From positions 8,234,184 to 8,298,183 of the forward strand of contig OZ316895.1 of assembly GCA_973895155.1 (NCBI GenBank): a DNA stretch of 64,000 nt. The letters run 5' to 3'. Source of the DNA: Marsupella aquatica (Eukaryota; Plantae; Marchantiophyta). Under the pieces are notes generated by a model. That model was given only the letters and a program-made list of their open reading frames with translations, had not been told where the DNA came from and searched no databases. The position numbers and the translations under genes are program-made. Positions 48,258-60,500 of this stretch are shown here, one piece after another. Each line of letters opens with the position of its first letter. Position 1 is the stretch's first letter.

Positions 48258-50703
48258 AAGCTGTTTGTGTGCCTCTGTTTCAGACTATGGTGATTGAGGC
48301 TATTTTTTAATTAATCAATCCTCTGCACACACTATGATAATCAGACTTCCAACTTATGGCACTTAATAATGCAGGATACATGGGATTTTCTCTTGTTTTC
48401 TTCTTTATTGGGTCTTTTGTCTTGGGGATTGTTTGGCTCTTATATTTGCAATCTAAATTTATCCTCGTGACTTATAGAGTGAAGAACAGAAAACTTTGAT
48501 ATTTAGATTATCAAAATATGTTAATGAGTTGTGATGGGTATGGGATTTTGGGTACAGGGAGTCCCTGTGCATACACATGGGTATCTAGGCTAGTACTTCC
48601 AATGTATAGTAGTTCAAATTTTACAAATTTTTCAATTTATTTCAAATGGACCCCCTTTCCCCCAGGTGAGGGATACCCGGAGGAACAAAGCACACAGGGC
48701 CCGGCAATGCCCATCAATTTATGACAGCTTGAATAAGACATGAGAAGAGTTTGTACTGAGGGCTGTCTCAAATGTTACCATCCCTTAGAAACACAGCCCT
48801 CCATATCCATAATATTACTTCGGGGCACCATGTAAACAAAATGGTTTGTTAAATGAAAGCAAAGCGTCTGTAAGTCCTTTTGGGTGAACTTTGGAGGCCA
48901 TAATGGTAGGAATGGAAATTTTAATGAGAGAATTAACCTACCGAAAAAAAGATAGAGAATGGTAGCTTAGAATAAGAGACATGTGTTAGGATTTACTCTT
49001 AGGTCTAGAGTTACGAATGTACCGTAGTTAAGACTAACCTTAGTCGCAGACTTGGTTAAGTTAGTCATGCTGTGCACACTCTATAACCAAGCGATGTTTG
49101 CTTGGAGAGGTGGAACTCAGGCTCATTGTTACGGAGCCAGTTGAGAGATAGGGAGAGCTTGTGCTGTGGATACTTGGTATGGCCGGTCGGCCTAGAGTGC
49201 AGTAAAGCTCTTGTGTGTAGGTGAACCACGTATCTCTCTGTGTCGACTATTGTGCGTTGGATGGTTCATGGGCTTGCCGTTGCGATCGTCGTCTATGCTC
49301 AACAATTGGTATCAGAGCATGCCTGGGAGGTGACGTGTGTTCGTGACAGGATTTCATGACGGTTTTTTCCAGTGTTGAGTGTCGGTGGATTTCCTGGAGT
49401 TTCGTCGCATGGAACTTGGAGTTTATGGGCTCAACGGATAGATCGGGGCAAGAGCTTTCTAACGGTGTGAAGAAATCGCTGAACGGAGCTCGTGGTGCAG
49501 AGAGATCTAAGTTTTTGTCGTTCTGGATTTTGTGAAGAAAGTTGGCAACATTCGTGTTCGACGGTTTTTCGGAGGAGGGACCAGAGTTTGTTTTCTCGAC
49601 GGTTTGAGCTCTACGGCGAAGGAGGCATCGCATGCTGTAGCTCTGCTTGTAGATCGGGATGAGCTGTTTATTTTGGTAGCTGATTTGTTACCAAGTGTGT
49701 ACCGTGTGCGACGTGACGAGCAAAAGAAGCTTTATGATTTTTTGACCGGCTATGGAGTCCTCTTTTGCCTGATCGGGGTTTCTTGTCGTGGCAATCGACT
49801 CGGAGGGAGAAGCGTCAAGTGTTTTGACTCAACGGAGAGATTGAGGCAAGACGATTGTTTTGAGTCCGGGATTGGCTCTTTGATGTGAAGAGGAAGGCTA
49901 AGAAAAATCAATTACCTTGTTGGACTTGGTGACGGCACCAAGTGCAATTCATCAACATTTGTTGTTGACAAGGTACCATTTTTTCTCTTTGAAAAATTGA
50001 TTCGAAATTGGCTATGGCAATTGAGAGAAATCTGTTATCTTTACCAATTTTTTTCTCCCTTGTTCTTTCCTCGTTTTGGGTGCTTCTTATATCGATCTTC
50101 ACCGTCTCGGAGTCTAGTTTCCAAATCTGAAATCAGATCTTGATTTTGTCAAAATCCGAGTGAGATATCTTGCGTTTGGTGTCAAGGGGTACATTCTACC
50201 GTGTGTATTTTTTGCACGCGCGACCAGATTTCGACGATGAAGGGTGGTAGGGGGTTTTGGGGGTTCGAGGACACGTGTCAGCCTCTTGATTGTTCTTCCA
50301 AAATTCCCACAGGGCCTGTACAAGGGTCATAGAATATTCCAAAAAACCAGAGAGCTATTTTTTGATCGTCCAACAAAGATTTCGTCCGTCGAACAGTAAC
50401 TTTTTTGGTTCTTTTTTGGCGAGGTCGTAGCCATTGAAGTTGGCAACGCGGCGCACTGATCACATCGCAATTCCGAAGACGGGTTGTACTTGGTATTTCG
50501 GTTATTCCCTGAGGTGGTCAAAACGGGGGAGTTTCCCAAGGTTTTACCCACCTCGACCGAAATTTGAATAACTTTTCTGTCAAATTTTGATTTTGATTTT
50601 GGTTTTCAGTATTGGACTTCTAGCTTCGTGGGCTACGCGGCGGTGTTGAGTTTTGAGTTTTTTGAGAAGTTGTGAAAAACAACATTTTTTGTGATTTTCT
50701 CAT

Positions 50704-51744
50704 ATGAGTGATTCAGAGGAGTTTTTTGAAGACGTGAAACTTGAAGCACGAGGATCACCATGGCGGTTTGAGGGGCAGAGAGAGGAGCAGGAGGAAGAGC
50801 ATGTGACATCGAGACCATCACCGGTGCAACGTGTGGTGGAGGAAGCAGTACTACTACCAAAGCTCACGGTAGTGCCAAAGAAGAAGATGGGGACTTTCAA
50901 GCTTGGGGGACCCAAGTATGAAGTGACAAAGTATGATGAGCGCTCTGACTACTTGCTATGGGAGAAGCAGGTGAAGGGAGTGCTCTATGCATCAGGGATG
51001 GGTCAACTGCTGAGCCCTCGTGAAGACGATGTTGATGAGAAACAATGGGACCGCATGCAGGAGCAGGGAGTGTGGTGTGTTACACTCTATCTCATGCCTC
51101 CCATCATCAAGCAGTTGGGTGCACATAAGGATTGCATGTCCTTGTTTGCGGAATTGCAAAGCAAGTATCATCGCAAGGAGTTGTCGAACCGGCTCTACAC
51201 TTCCTACAAACTGATGAGTTTTAGAATGAAGGAATCCGGTACAAAGTTGCAAGACCATGTGGATGCTTTCAACGACATGGTCGTTGACTTGGAAAACCTT
51301 GGGGAGACTTTGAATGATGAGACGAAGGCTCTGCAACTTCTTAGTTCATTGCCTCCATCTTACCAGTCCCTATCACGAGTGTTGTTGCATCGTGATAGGG
51401 ATACCATTTCATACAATGACGTGGTAAGTTCTCTGCTTAGTGATGATCTTCAGCAAAAGATGCACATCACGTCACAGCCTTCATCATCTGGTGTTACCCT
51501 CAATGTTAACCGTGGGAGGAGTATGCAGCGACCAACTGGGGACCGTAGAACCCAGTTTAGATCTAAATCCAGATCTAACTTCAGGGGTAAATCCCCTCAG
51601 AGGAGGCAGGTGACATGTTGGAAGTGCAACCAAGTTGGACACTTCAAGCGAGATTGTAAGGGAAAGGCAGCGGAAACTTCATTGGCAAATATGGCTAGGG
51701 CTGATGGAGAAGCTGATTTACTCAATGATGAGTATGTTTTATGA
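50704..51744 (+). CDS. gag: Copia gag, intact ORF with CCHC zinc knuckle
   Basis: 346-aa ORF with KYDERSDYLLWEKQVKGVL, LLSSLPPSY and CWKCNQVGHFKRDC. Confidence 0.85.
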   Translation: MSDSEEFFEDVKLEARGSPWRFEGQREEQEEEHVTSRPSPVQRVVEEAVLLPKLTVVPKKKMGTFKLGGPKYEVTKYDERSDYLLWEKQVKGVLYASGMGQLLSPREDDVDEKQWDRMQEQGVWCVTLYLMPPIIKQLGAHKDCMSLFAELQSKYHRKELSNRLYTSYKLMSFRMKESGTKLQDHVDAFNDMVVDLENLGETLNDETKALQLLSSLPPSYQSLSRVLLHRDRDTISYNDVVSSLLSDDLQQKMHITSQPSSSGVTLNVNRGRSMQRPTGDRRTQFRSKSRSNFRGKSPQRRQVTCWKCNQVGHFKRDCKGKAAETSLANMARADGEADLLNDEYVL

Positions 51745-54700
51745 AGCCGGGGCTATGCCCTGTGCACGTCATCTAGGAGAGCAGATGATATGTGGATTCT
51801 TGATTGTGCTTGCTCTTTTCATATTTGTTACATTCGTGAGTTTTTCAGTTCTTACTCTATTTCAAACGGTTCAGTTCTGATGGGAAATGATCACTCCTGT
51901 CAAATTGAGGGAATTGGGTCTGTGAAGATTCAAATGTTTGATGGCGTTGTGCGCACAGTGTCCGGAGTCAGGTATGTACCTGGCATGCGTAAGAATCTAA
52001 TTTCACTCGGTGTGTTGGATTCAAATGGTCATCAATGGAGCGTTATTGCTGGTGAACTTCAAGTCAGGTCGGGAGAGACAGTGATTTTGAAGGGGAGAAG
52101 ACAAAAGAATTTGTATGTGTTATAGGGCAATACTGTATGTGGAGAGGCCAATGTAACCAAGTCTCATGATGAGATGACTCAATTGTGGCATTCACGGCTA
52201 GGCCACATGAGTGAGAAAGGTTTGGCTATCTTACGGAAGAATGGACTCATTTTTTATTTGCAATCTTGTAAATTAGAGTTCTGTGAGCATTGCATTCTTG
52301 GAAAGCAACATCGTCGTGCTTTTGGTGTTGGAACTCATCGTTCCAAAGCGGTTCTTGAGTACATACATAGTGACGTGTGGGGTCCACCCCCGACTCCCTC
52401 ACACTCTGGAAAGTTGTACTATGTATTATTTATTGACGATTACTCAAGATTTGTGTGGATTTATTTCATGACGCATAAGTCTGATGTCTTGTCCATTTTT
52501 AAGAAGTGGAAGGCCCAGGTGGAGAATCAGACTGGAAACACGGTCAAGTGTTTGGATACAAGGGTGAAGAGTCTGAGGTCAGACAACGGCGGGGAGTACA
52601 CTTCAATGGAATTTGAAGAGTATTGTTCAGAACAGGGGATAACTCGCCATCTCACCACAGTTTATACTCCACAGCAGAATGGTGTTGCTGAGAGGCTCAA
52701 TCAGACACTGTTGGAGCGGTCATGGAGTATGTTAAGCCAATCAGGTTTACCACAAGAATTTTGGGCAGAAGCTGTCAATACCGCAACTTATTTGATAAAT
52801 CTTTCTCCTTCTAGTGCTATCAATTTCAAAACGCTGTTTGAGATGCGCTATAAGCGACAAGCAGACTATCATGGCTTGGTAGTTTTTGGAAGTGATATGC
52901 TCTCACACCGAAGCAGAATAGAACCAAGTTGGATCCTACCTCCAAGAAATGTGTTTTTCTTGGGTACCAGAGTGGTGTGAAAGCCTATAGGCTATGGGAT
53001 CCTATTGCCTGTAAGCTCGTTGTCAGTAGGGATGTTTCCTTCAATGAATCCAGATTATTGAAGGAGGGAGAGAATACTCAGGTCTCCTGTACTGACAAAG
53101 GAAAATCTCCTATCCCGGATCTCGTTGAGGGGGAGATTGGTTATGAGGTGCATGACCGGAGAGAAGAAGTTGCTCCAATTATGGAGCTGGTTCCTGTGCC
53201 AGAGGAACCAGAGGAGTTTGTTGATGCTGGTGAGCAGCAAGTGGATGCTGCTGAGCTTCAAATTGTACCAGCACACGCAGATCAACCAGAGTCATCGGCT
53301 AGAAGAGCATCTGGTCGCACTGTACGCACTCCACCAAGGTATGGACAGTGGGTTGATTCATCTCAATTGCAAGAGGAGGATTTTGTTACTGACGATGAGG
53401 GTGATGCGTTGATTTTGGAAGAAGGTGAACCTTCTTTATTTCATGGAGCAAGTGCTTCAAAGGAGAAGCAAGAGTGGACTGCAGCAATGCAAACGGAGAT
53501 GCAGTCACTGAAGGACAACAAAACTTGGGAGCTTGTCAAGCTGCCTAAGGGACAGCAAGTGGTGGACAGCAAGTGGATATACAAGCTGAAGGATCAGTCC
53601 ACAGGAGGTGGATCGAAGGTCTACAAGGCTAGGTTGGTAGCCAAGGGATTCACACAGGAAAAAGGTGTGGATTACAATGAGGTCTTCTCACCAGTTGCTA
53701 AGTACTCAACAATACGGCTATTGTGTGTGCTTGTTATTATGTTTGGTCTGCTGCTAGATCAGATGGATATTGTCACAACTTTCCTCTATGGCACCTTGGA
53801 AGAGGTGATCTTCATGAGACAGCCGCTAGGTTTTGTGAAGAAAGGGCAAGAGGATTTGGTTTGCAGATTGCTAAGATCCTTGTACGGGTTGAAGCAGTCA
53901 CCAAGACAGTGGAATAAGCGGTTTGATGATTGGATTCGTGCACAAGGCTTTCACAGGAGTGTGTTTGACCCATTGTGTATCTTAAACCGGTGAAGAATGC
54001 TGTCTTTGGGTTCATTGTTTTAGTACTTTATGTGGATGACATGGTAATTGCAGCCAAGGATAGGTCTGAGATTGTTAAGCTCAAGGCACTGCTTAGTGCA
54101 GAGTTTAAGATGAAGGACTTAGGGCCAGCTAAGAGGATTTTGGGTATGGAGATCACTAGGGACTTGGAGGCTGGCAAGCTATGGTTGACGCAGAGCAGTT
54201 ATGCGAGGAAGGTAATTGCAAGGTTCAACATGGGGAATAGCAAGCCAGTAAGTACCCCGTTGGCTCCACACTTCAAGTTATCATCAACGTTCTGTCCTAC
54301 GGATGACACAAAGAAGGGGTTGATGTCAAAGGTTCCGTATGACAAGGCAGTGGGGAGTCTCATGTATTTGATGACTTGCACTAGACCTGATCTTGCCATG
54401 GCTATGGGCAAGGTGAGCAGGTACATGTCGAATCCAGGGAAGGTACACTGGGAAGCAGTGAAGTGGATTATTCGGTATTTGAAGGGTACCGTGGATCATG
54501 GTCTATTGTTTGATGCACATGCTGATAATGCTAGATCATTGATGGGCTATGTAGATGCTGACTATGCACAGGATCTGGATCGGAGGAGGTCAACAACAGG
54601 TTATGTGTTCACACTTGGAGGTGGATGCATAAGTTGGAGGTCTACTTTGTAGAAGTGTATTGCTTAGTCTACTACAGAAGCGGAGTATGTTGCAGCAGCG

Positions 54701-55012
54701 GAAGCAGCAAAGAAAGCAATTTGGTTGGATAGACTTATCACTGAGATGAGATTGCCATAGGGGAATGTGAAGCTCCATTGTGATAGTCAGAGTGCACTCC
54801 ACCTTGCTGTGAACCAAGTGATGGACAACAGAGTGAAGCACATCGACGTTAGGTACCATTTTATTAGGCAGGCTGTGTCTGATAATATGTTTGAGCTAGT
54901 CAAGATTGACGGTAAACTCAACCCGGCTGACGCTTTTACCAAAGTGATTCCTTTGGAGAGTTTTTCTAGACACCGTGATGCGTTGCAGGTTTTGCAATTG
55001 CCTCACAAGTAG
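51745..55012 (+). pseudogene. pol: Copia pol (PR-INT-RT-RNase H) of copy 2, with stops and frameshifts
   Basis: WILDCACSFH; HSDVWG..SDNGGEY..PQQNGVAER; LYVDDM; GYVDAD. TAG stops at 52123, 54650, ~54665 and 54758; frameshifts near 52896 and 53975. Confidence 0.92.
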
Positions 55013-56099
55013 GGTTACTTAACATTTGTGTAGATACTGAGATATGCTCTTGCTCATTCCTTGTATAGGCTACGGCTTAGTTTTGGTCTACTCTCGTATA
55101 AAGAGGGAAAAACTGGTTTGGTTTTTTTTCCAGAACTTCCCGCTGAGCAGTCATATTGGTAGCAGTCTTTACCCTCCCCTAGACCAGAGTCAAGGGGGAG
55201 ATTGTTAGGATTTACTCTTAGGTCTAGAGTTACGAATGTACCTTAGTTAAGACTAACCTTAGTTGCAGACTTGGTTAGGTTAGTCATGCTGTGCACACTC
55301 TATAACCAAGCGATGTTTGCTTGGAGAGGTGGAACTCAGGCTCATTGTTACGGAGCCAGTTGAGAGATAGGGAGAGCTTGTGCTGTGGATGCTTGGTATA
55401 GCCGGTCGGCCTAGAGTGCAGTAAAGCTCTTGTGTGTTCCCGTGGACGTAGCCTCATGTGGAGGTGAACCACGTATCTATCTGTGTCGACTATTGTGCGT
55501 TGGATGGTTCATGGGCTTGCCGTTGCGATCGTCGTCTATGCTCAACAACATGAAGTGTCAGGACATCACTGCACCTCCGTTCTCTAAGATGGGAGTGGAT
55601 TGATTGCATGACCCTGCAAAATGCAGATTGTGGATATGTAGGAGTTATTCATACATGATCATATTTTCAAATGTCTGCTATGTAAATGATAGGCTATTTG
55701 GTATGAAATATATTTATTGTTGGGACACATAAAGGACATATAAATACACTTATGGCTGGCAACTAAGTTTAATGAATATCACACCAATACCCAAGGCTTC
55801 TTGACTTTGTGAGAGAAGAGAACAAGATAAATTTATTGATATTTTAAAAGCAGAAACTGAAACCCTAAAACTAAAAAATCCCACATAACGGCAATTATTT
55901 ATGCCTTAACTTAAAGTAGTGTTCTCACAAGTGAAATGATCAAAAAAGAATTCTTAATTTCCTATGCACTATTGCCTTGCACTGTTATATCTGTTGGGTA
56001 TTGAAAAGTAATAAGGAATATGACATCCAAGGACTATGATTTTTAAATTCAACTAATATACTTGGGTTGGTGAGTTTTGTTCCATCCATTTAAAGGGAA

Positions 56100-57100
56100 A
56101 GTCTGAAGGTGGAAAGTAATGCCTTGAAAGGGGAATCCATGTAGTTCAGGATGACCTGTTGTAAAATTCAACGTTAAGTGACCATCGTGTGGTACATTGT
56201 GAGGATGGCCCTATCCCATTAGGTGTAGTCTATCTTGGGAAGGGTCTTAACAACAAAGTGACTTGCAAGAGTTCTACAGTAGATCTTCTATCCTGTAGTG
56301 ATCTCCAATGGCTCAAAGAGCAGTCTTCAATTTGCTATGCCAAACCTCGTGCACTATTTAAGTAGTATGATGCGTCTGACCATCGAGTTATACGTTGGAC
56401 TATCCCAAACACTTTTTAACAAAAAAAGGAAGGGCATGGAGCCGACTAGTATTCCCAGCATGCGAATTGCTTAGTCACCTGGTCATCATCTCACAGGCAG
56501 GTGAACAAAGAAACTGACAATGGACTTTTAAGAGTTCCTAGCATCAACTTGGTTTCAGGTAAGAAGGGCGTGGTCAAATCCAGATACAAACAAATACTCA
56601 AATCTGGCACCAATCTCAGTCAGTATCAGGGAGCATATAAGTTCATCAGTGATATAATGTACATCCAAAAGAAGACGAATTAGAGCATCTTTTCCAATGT
56701 GGATGAACGAGATTTGTACCCTGGGGAGCAAAGTTGTTGACCAGGTACCATAAGCGATCACAGAACAGATTGAGATGAGGCTCAAGTATAGGCGTAATCA
56801 GCTATCTTGAACCATCACTTAAATTGACATGTCATTATCCTAAAGGTCCCTTCAACAGTTCCAAGCTCAAAGTTTGTGGTGTTTTGAACTGGGTACCTGC
56901 CCAGGATGTCTTTGTCAACAGTTCATAACCTCAACATTTGGCAGTTTCTAAAAAAGGGTGAAAACCTAAAGGATGTAGACTACAATAGTAACATTTCCAT
57001 AGTGGCAAGGTTAACCAGCCGTTGTCCAAAATCTTCGCATTATCTACCCTGGCAGACTCTAATACGGTCCGAAAGTAAACCAAATATATACTTTCTCGCC
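56100..57100 (-). mobile_element. Highly degenerate LINE relic (endonuclease to RT N-terminal region)
   Basis: Minus strand shows IRLLLDVHYITD..SGFDH (RLD/SDH-like) and DG/LNVEFY (PGxDGxxxEFY-like) in the expected order; very eroded. Confidence 0.4.
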
Positions 57101-57569
57101 CTCCAAGGCATTGCCAGAACACTGAAATAAACATTGCTTTTCTCCTCTGTGGATACTGTGTTGATTACAGGACCATACACTGGCCTGACTATGGAGTCCA
57201 CATGAAGCCCATCTATCCAACCGCAGGGCTCTTTTGAGTCCCGGAAAAGGGCCATGCGTCGAGCTAAATCTCAGCTCATTACCAGAACGCTCTCTGGGAA
57301 GAGGGATCAGATGTTACTTCCTGATTGCTTCAGAAGAATGTTAGGAGAATCCGTGAGGCAACACAACACATCCTAGCCCAGCCCAGCCAGAAACAATTCC
57401 TATCTGAATCATAGCTGAATTCACTTCGCCTGAAGAGAATAATCCGCTTCAGTATAAAAAATCAACAATAGCACCTTGGAAATTTTGTCCACATGGCCAA
57501 TGTTTTTCACCATGACCCAAATGGAACTCCTCCTAATTCAGGTAGCATTCCAATGGGGAAGCCCTGTGG

Positions 57570-60500
57570 TTACGACAAAGCATATGCCATCCGAGATGCC
57601 AGAGTAGGGCCAACAACTTGTAAATACCTGTTCAAATTGTGCACAAGTGTGTCCAAATGCCACTGTGGCACTAGCGCAAGCTCTTGCAATTGCTGGAAGA
57701 TGACAGCCCCAAAATAGATTTAATGTCAGACTTCGTCCAAACTACACATTGACATTGGAAGGGCAATAATTGAAGCACAAGCAAGCAAAAACCTGCCAAT
57801 TCGCACCCAGAAGCGTATGTGCCACCTCTACTGCTTGGCTAAACATCGCCTCCAGAAACGTGGGCCATAAGTACTATAAAGCAAGAGGTGGAAATTGTGA
57901 CAATCAACATGACACCGTTGAAGGATCTAGGTAGCAAGGACAACAAAAAATTCTAAAAATTTCTCATTGGTGAAGCTTAATCTGAGCTGCCACAGTCGAA
58001 CTCCTTGAAATCTTACAACGTAGCAACGGAGACTTTGAAGAACAGAGGACTGTAAGCGGGTAGGGACGAAAACGCACCTTGAATGATATACAACCTCCAT
58101 TGACACAAAGTTGGATGCTACCCAAAGCTTCTGTCGAATTAGTACTTCGTATAACGCTTTTCTTGAGTAGCGAATCCAAGGATGTCTCCACCTTCTCCTG
58201 ATCTTCAAATTGGGAAAAATCAGCATCAATTTCCATGTCACTTTCTTCATCCTCAGAATCAGATGCAGCACTCGCACTAATCCCTTGCTCACTTGCAATC
58301 CTTGGAGTTGAAGATTCAGCAGAAGTGGACTGAAGGTGAGCGATGTCTGATAGGCAGACATATGGTTGCTTCTCCAACAAGGGGACAGCAACCTCGTACG
58401 GCACCCAACTGCAACAACATTCCTGATTAGTCCCCATGCCTAATGGAATGGACTTCCTTAATTGGAGGATCATTTTTTCTGATTATGCCTCAACCTGAAG
58501 ACTGTGATGCGAAGACCCAGTCATAATCTCAACATTCCTCAGTCTGTCCAACAGAACCAGCAATCGTAGAATCAAGACTAAACTAGATTTACGACCAACA
58601 AGTTCAGATCATATCCATGCGGTAAGCACTTGAATTTCTTGTCAGAAGCTTTATGCCAAGTCACGCATGCATGTCTTCTCCCGCGTGGGTAATCTAGCAT
58701 GTACCATTATACTAAAAACGTGACCAGCAGGGATAAGAAATATATGGGCCCCAAGGTCGCCAACTTTTATTTTGTAAAAACCTCGTCAATACCTTTGTCT
58801 CCTGACTATCAAATCATGACGACGAGCAATACAAGTTTGAAAAGGGTGTTGGAAAAAACAAACAAAAGACTAGAAATGTACAGATCGCTTTAGCGAGCTC
58901 TGGGAGGGCTCAGGTGAGTTAGCGCAGTGGTTCAAACAAGAAGGAAATTTCGAAAATTACCTGAAACGCTCTGGACAGAGCAACTCTGATGGATAGTAAG
59001 CTGCCTTGTACCTCATCTTTGGACAAGAATGAATATAAAACCCAAGATAGTAATACTCCAATGATGAACAGACTTTCTGTGCCTCTTGTACCCACTTTAT
59101 CTCTTGCAACGCAGAATATTTCCCTAAGGCCAAGAATGCGAAGTCTGGATCCCAAAACAGATACTTGCTGGAGAGACAGTGGGGCAAAATATCTATTACA
59201 CCGACAGCTACTAGTTTTCCATCTATCAAGTACTGCTGATGGAATGAGCCAAATCCACATGAAGGTGTAGTTCCATCGTTCTTTGGCGGTACAAATATGA
59301 GTGGAGTGTCCACAAGAAATCTCCGATACGAGCCCTCCTTGACATCTTCTGGGCGATCATTGTGAACTCTTACTTGATACTTTTTGTAGAGTGCGAATTC
59401 CTCTGCATCAAAAGACGACCTTTTCATTCTTACTTCCAATGTGCCAACGATAGCAGCAGATTCCGTGCCGCATTGCTCTAAACTTGAAGGCTGCTTTTTA
59501 CGTTCTTCACAGACTTTTTTCTTCTCTCCTCGTCCAAGAAATCTACCACTCTCTTTAGCGGGAGGACCTACGCTGGATATCTCTTTCGCTGGCAGAACAA
59601 AGTTAAGATGACCTTTGCATGCCCTCACAGTAAAACTATTTGTAACATTCAACTCTGACATCTTTCCAACCAACATTTCAGCAATTTCCTCAGGTTTCAT
59701 CTCCGAGACGACCTCTTTCTGCTCCTTCATGTTCTCATCTCCTTGACTTTCAATCCTAGCCCTCCGTTTTAGAAGCGCCATGACTGCAAATGAAATGCTA
59801 CTTGTATAGTCAACTTCACCCTCTGTATTCTTAAGCTTTCCTTTCACTTTTTGAGGAACCCGCTTGACGGAGACTGCTGGGAGATCCATGAGACGCAGTG
59901 AACCAAGCTCAACGCACTCTTTAAGGGCGGCTTCTGTTGCAGCTTTCAATCTGCCTATTATTTCGTCTTCTGTTACAGCTACATCTTGCTTGCCACTTGT
60001 TTCTACATCAATAGGCAATGATTCACTATTGGATGCATTCCTGTTTGATCCTGATGCTAGATGGTTATCAGTTGGGAATCCCTTTCCCCGCTCAGAAGAG
60101 TCATCCTTTTCCTCTCGGAGCTCACCAACGGTTTGAAGTCCATCAAATTTCCTTTCCAAGTATCTGATATCCATTTGAAATTCACACATCATGACAATGA
60201 TCAGTGCCGCTTGTTCAGCAAGCTATATGACACTAACTACAAAAGTTAGTAATTCAACTGCAAGCTATAGCTTCGAAACATACCTTTGCAAACGCCTTAC
60301 TACTCGCATCTGATCTTTTGTTGCAACGAAGGACTCCGCTTTGAGGCGAATTGTATACGGCGGGCAGCAAGTCCTCTTCATGTGTGGTTTGTAGAGGAAC
60401 ATACCGGAACGGCGCCATCCTCTGTCAAGTAATTCTGCGTCAACACAAGCTGACTAAGCTTGGAGCTAGCATCGACATCACCTATACCACTTTAAATGTA

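Larger units (their letters stand above)
48984..55547 (+). mobile_element. Full-length Ty1/Copia LTR retrotransposon (copy 2), decayed
   Basis: LTRs 48984-49304 and 55203-55547 (TG..CA; ~6 substitutions plus a 24-bp indel). TSD ACATG (48979-48983, 55548-55552). PBS tggtatcagagc 49307-49318; PPT agtcaagggggag just before 55203. Confidence 0.97.
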
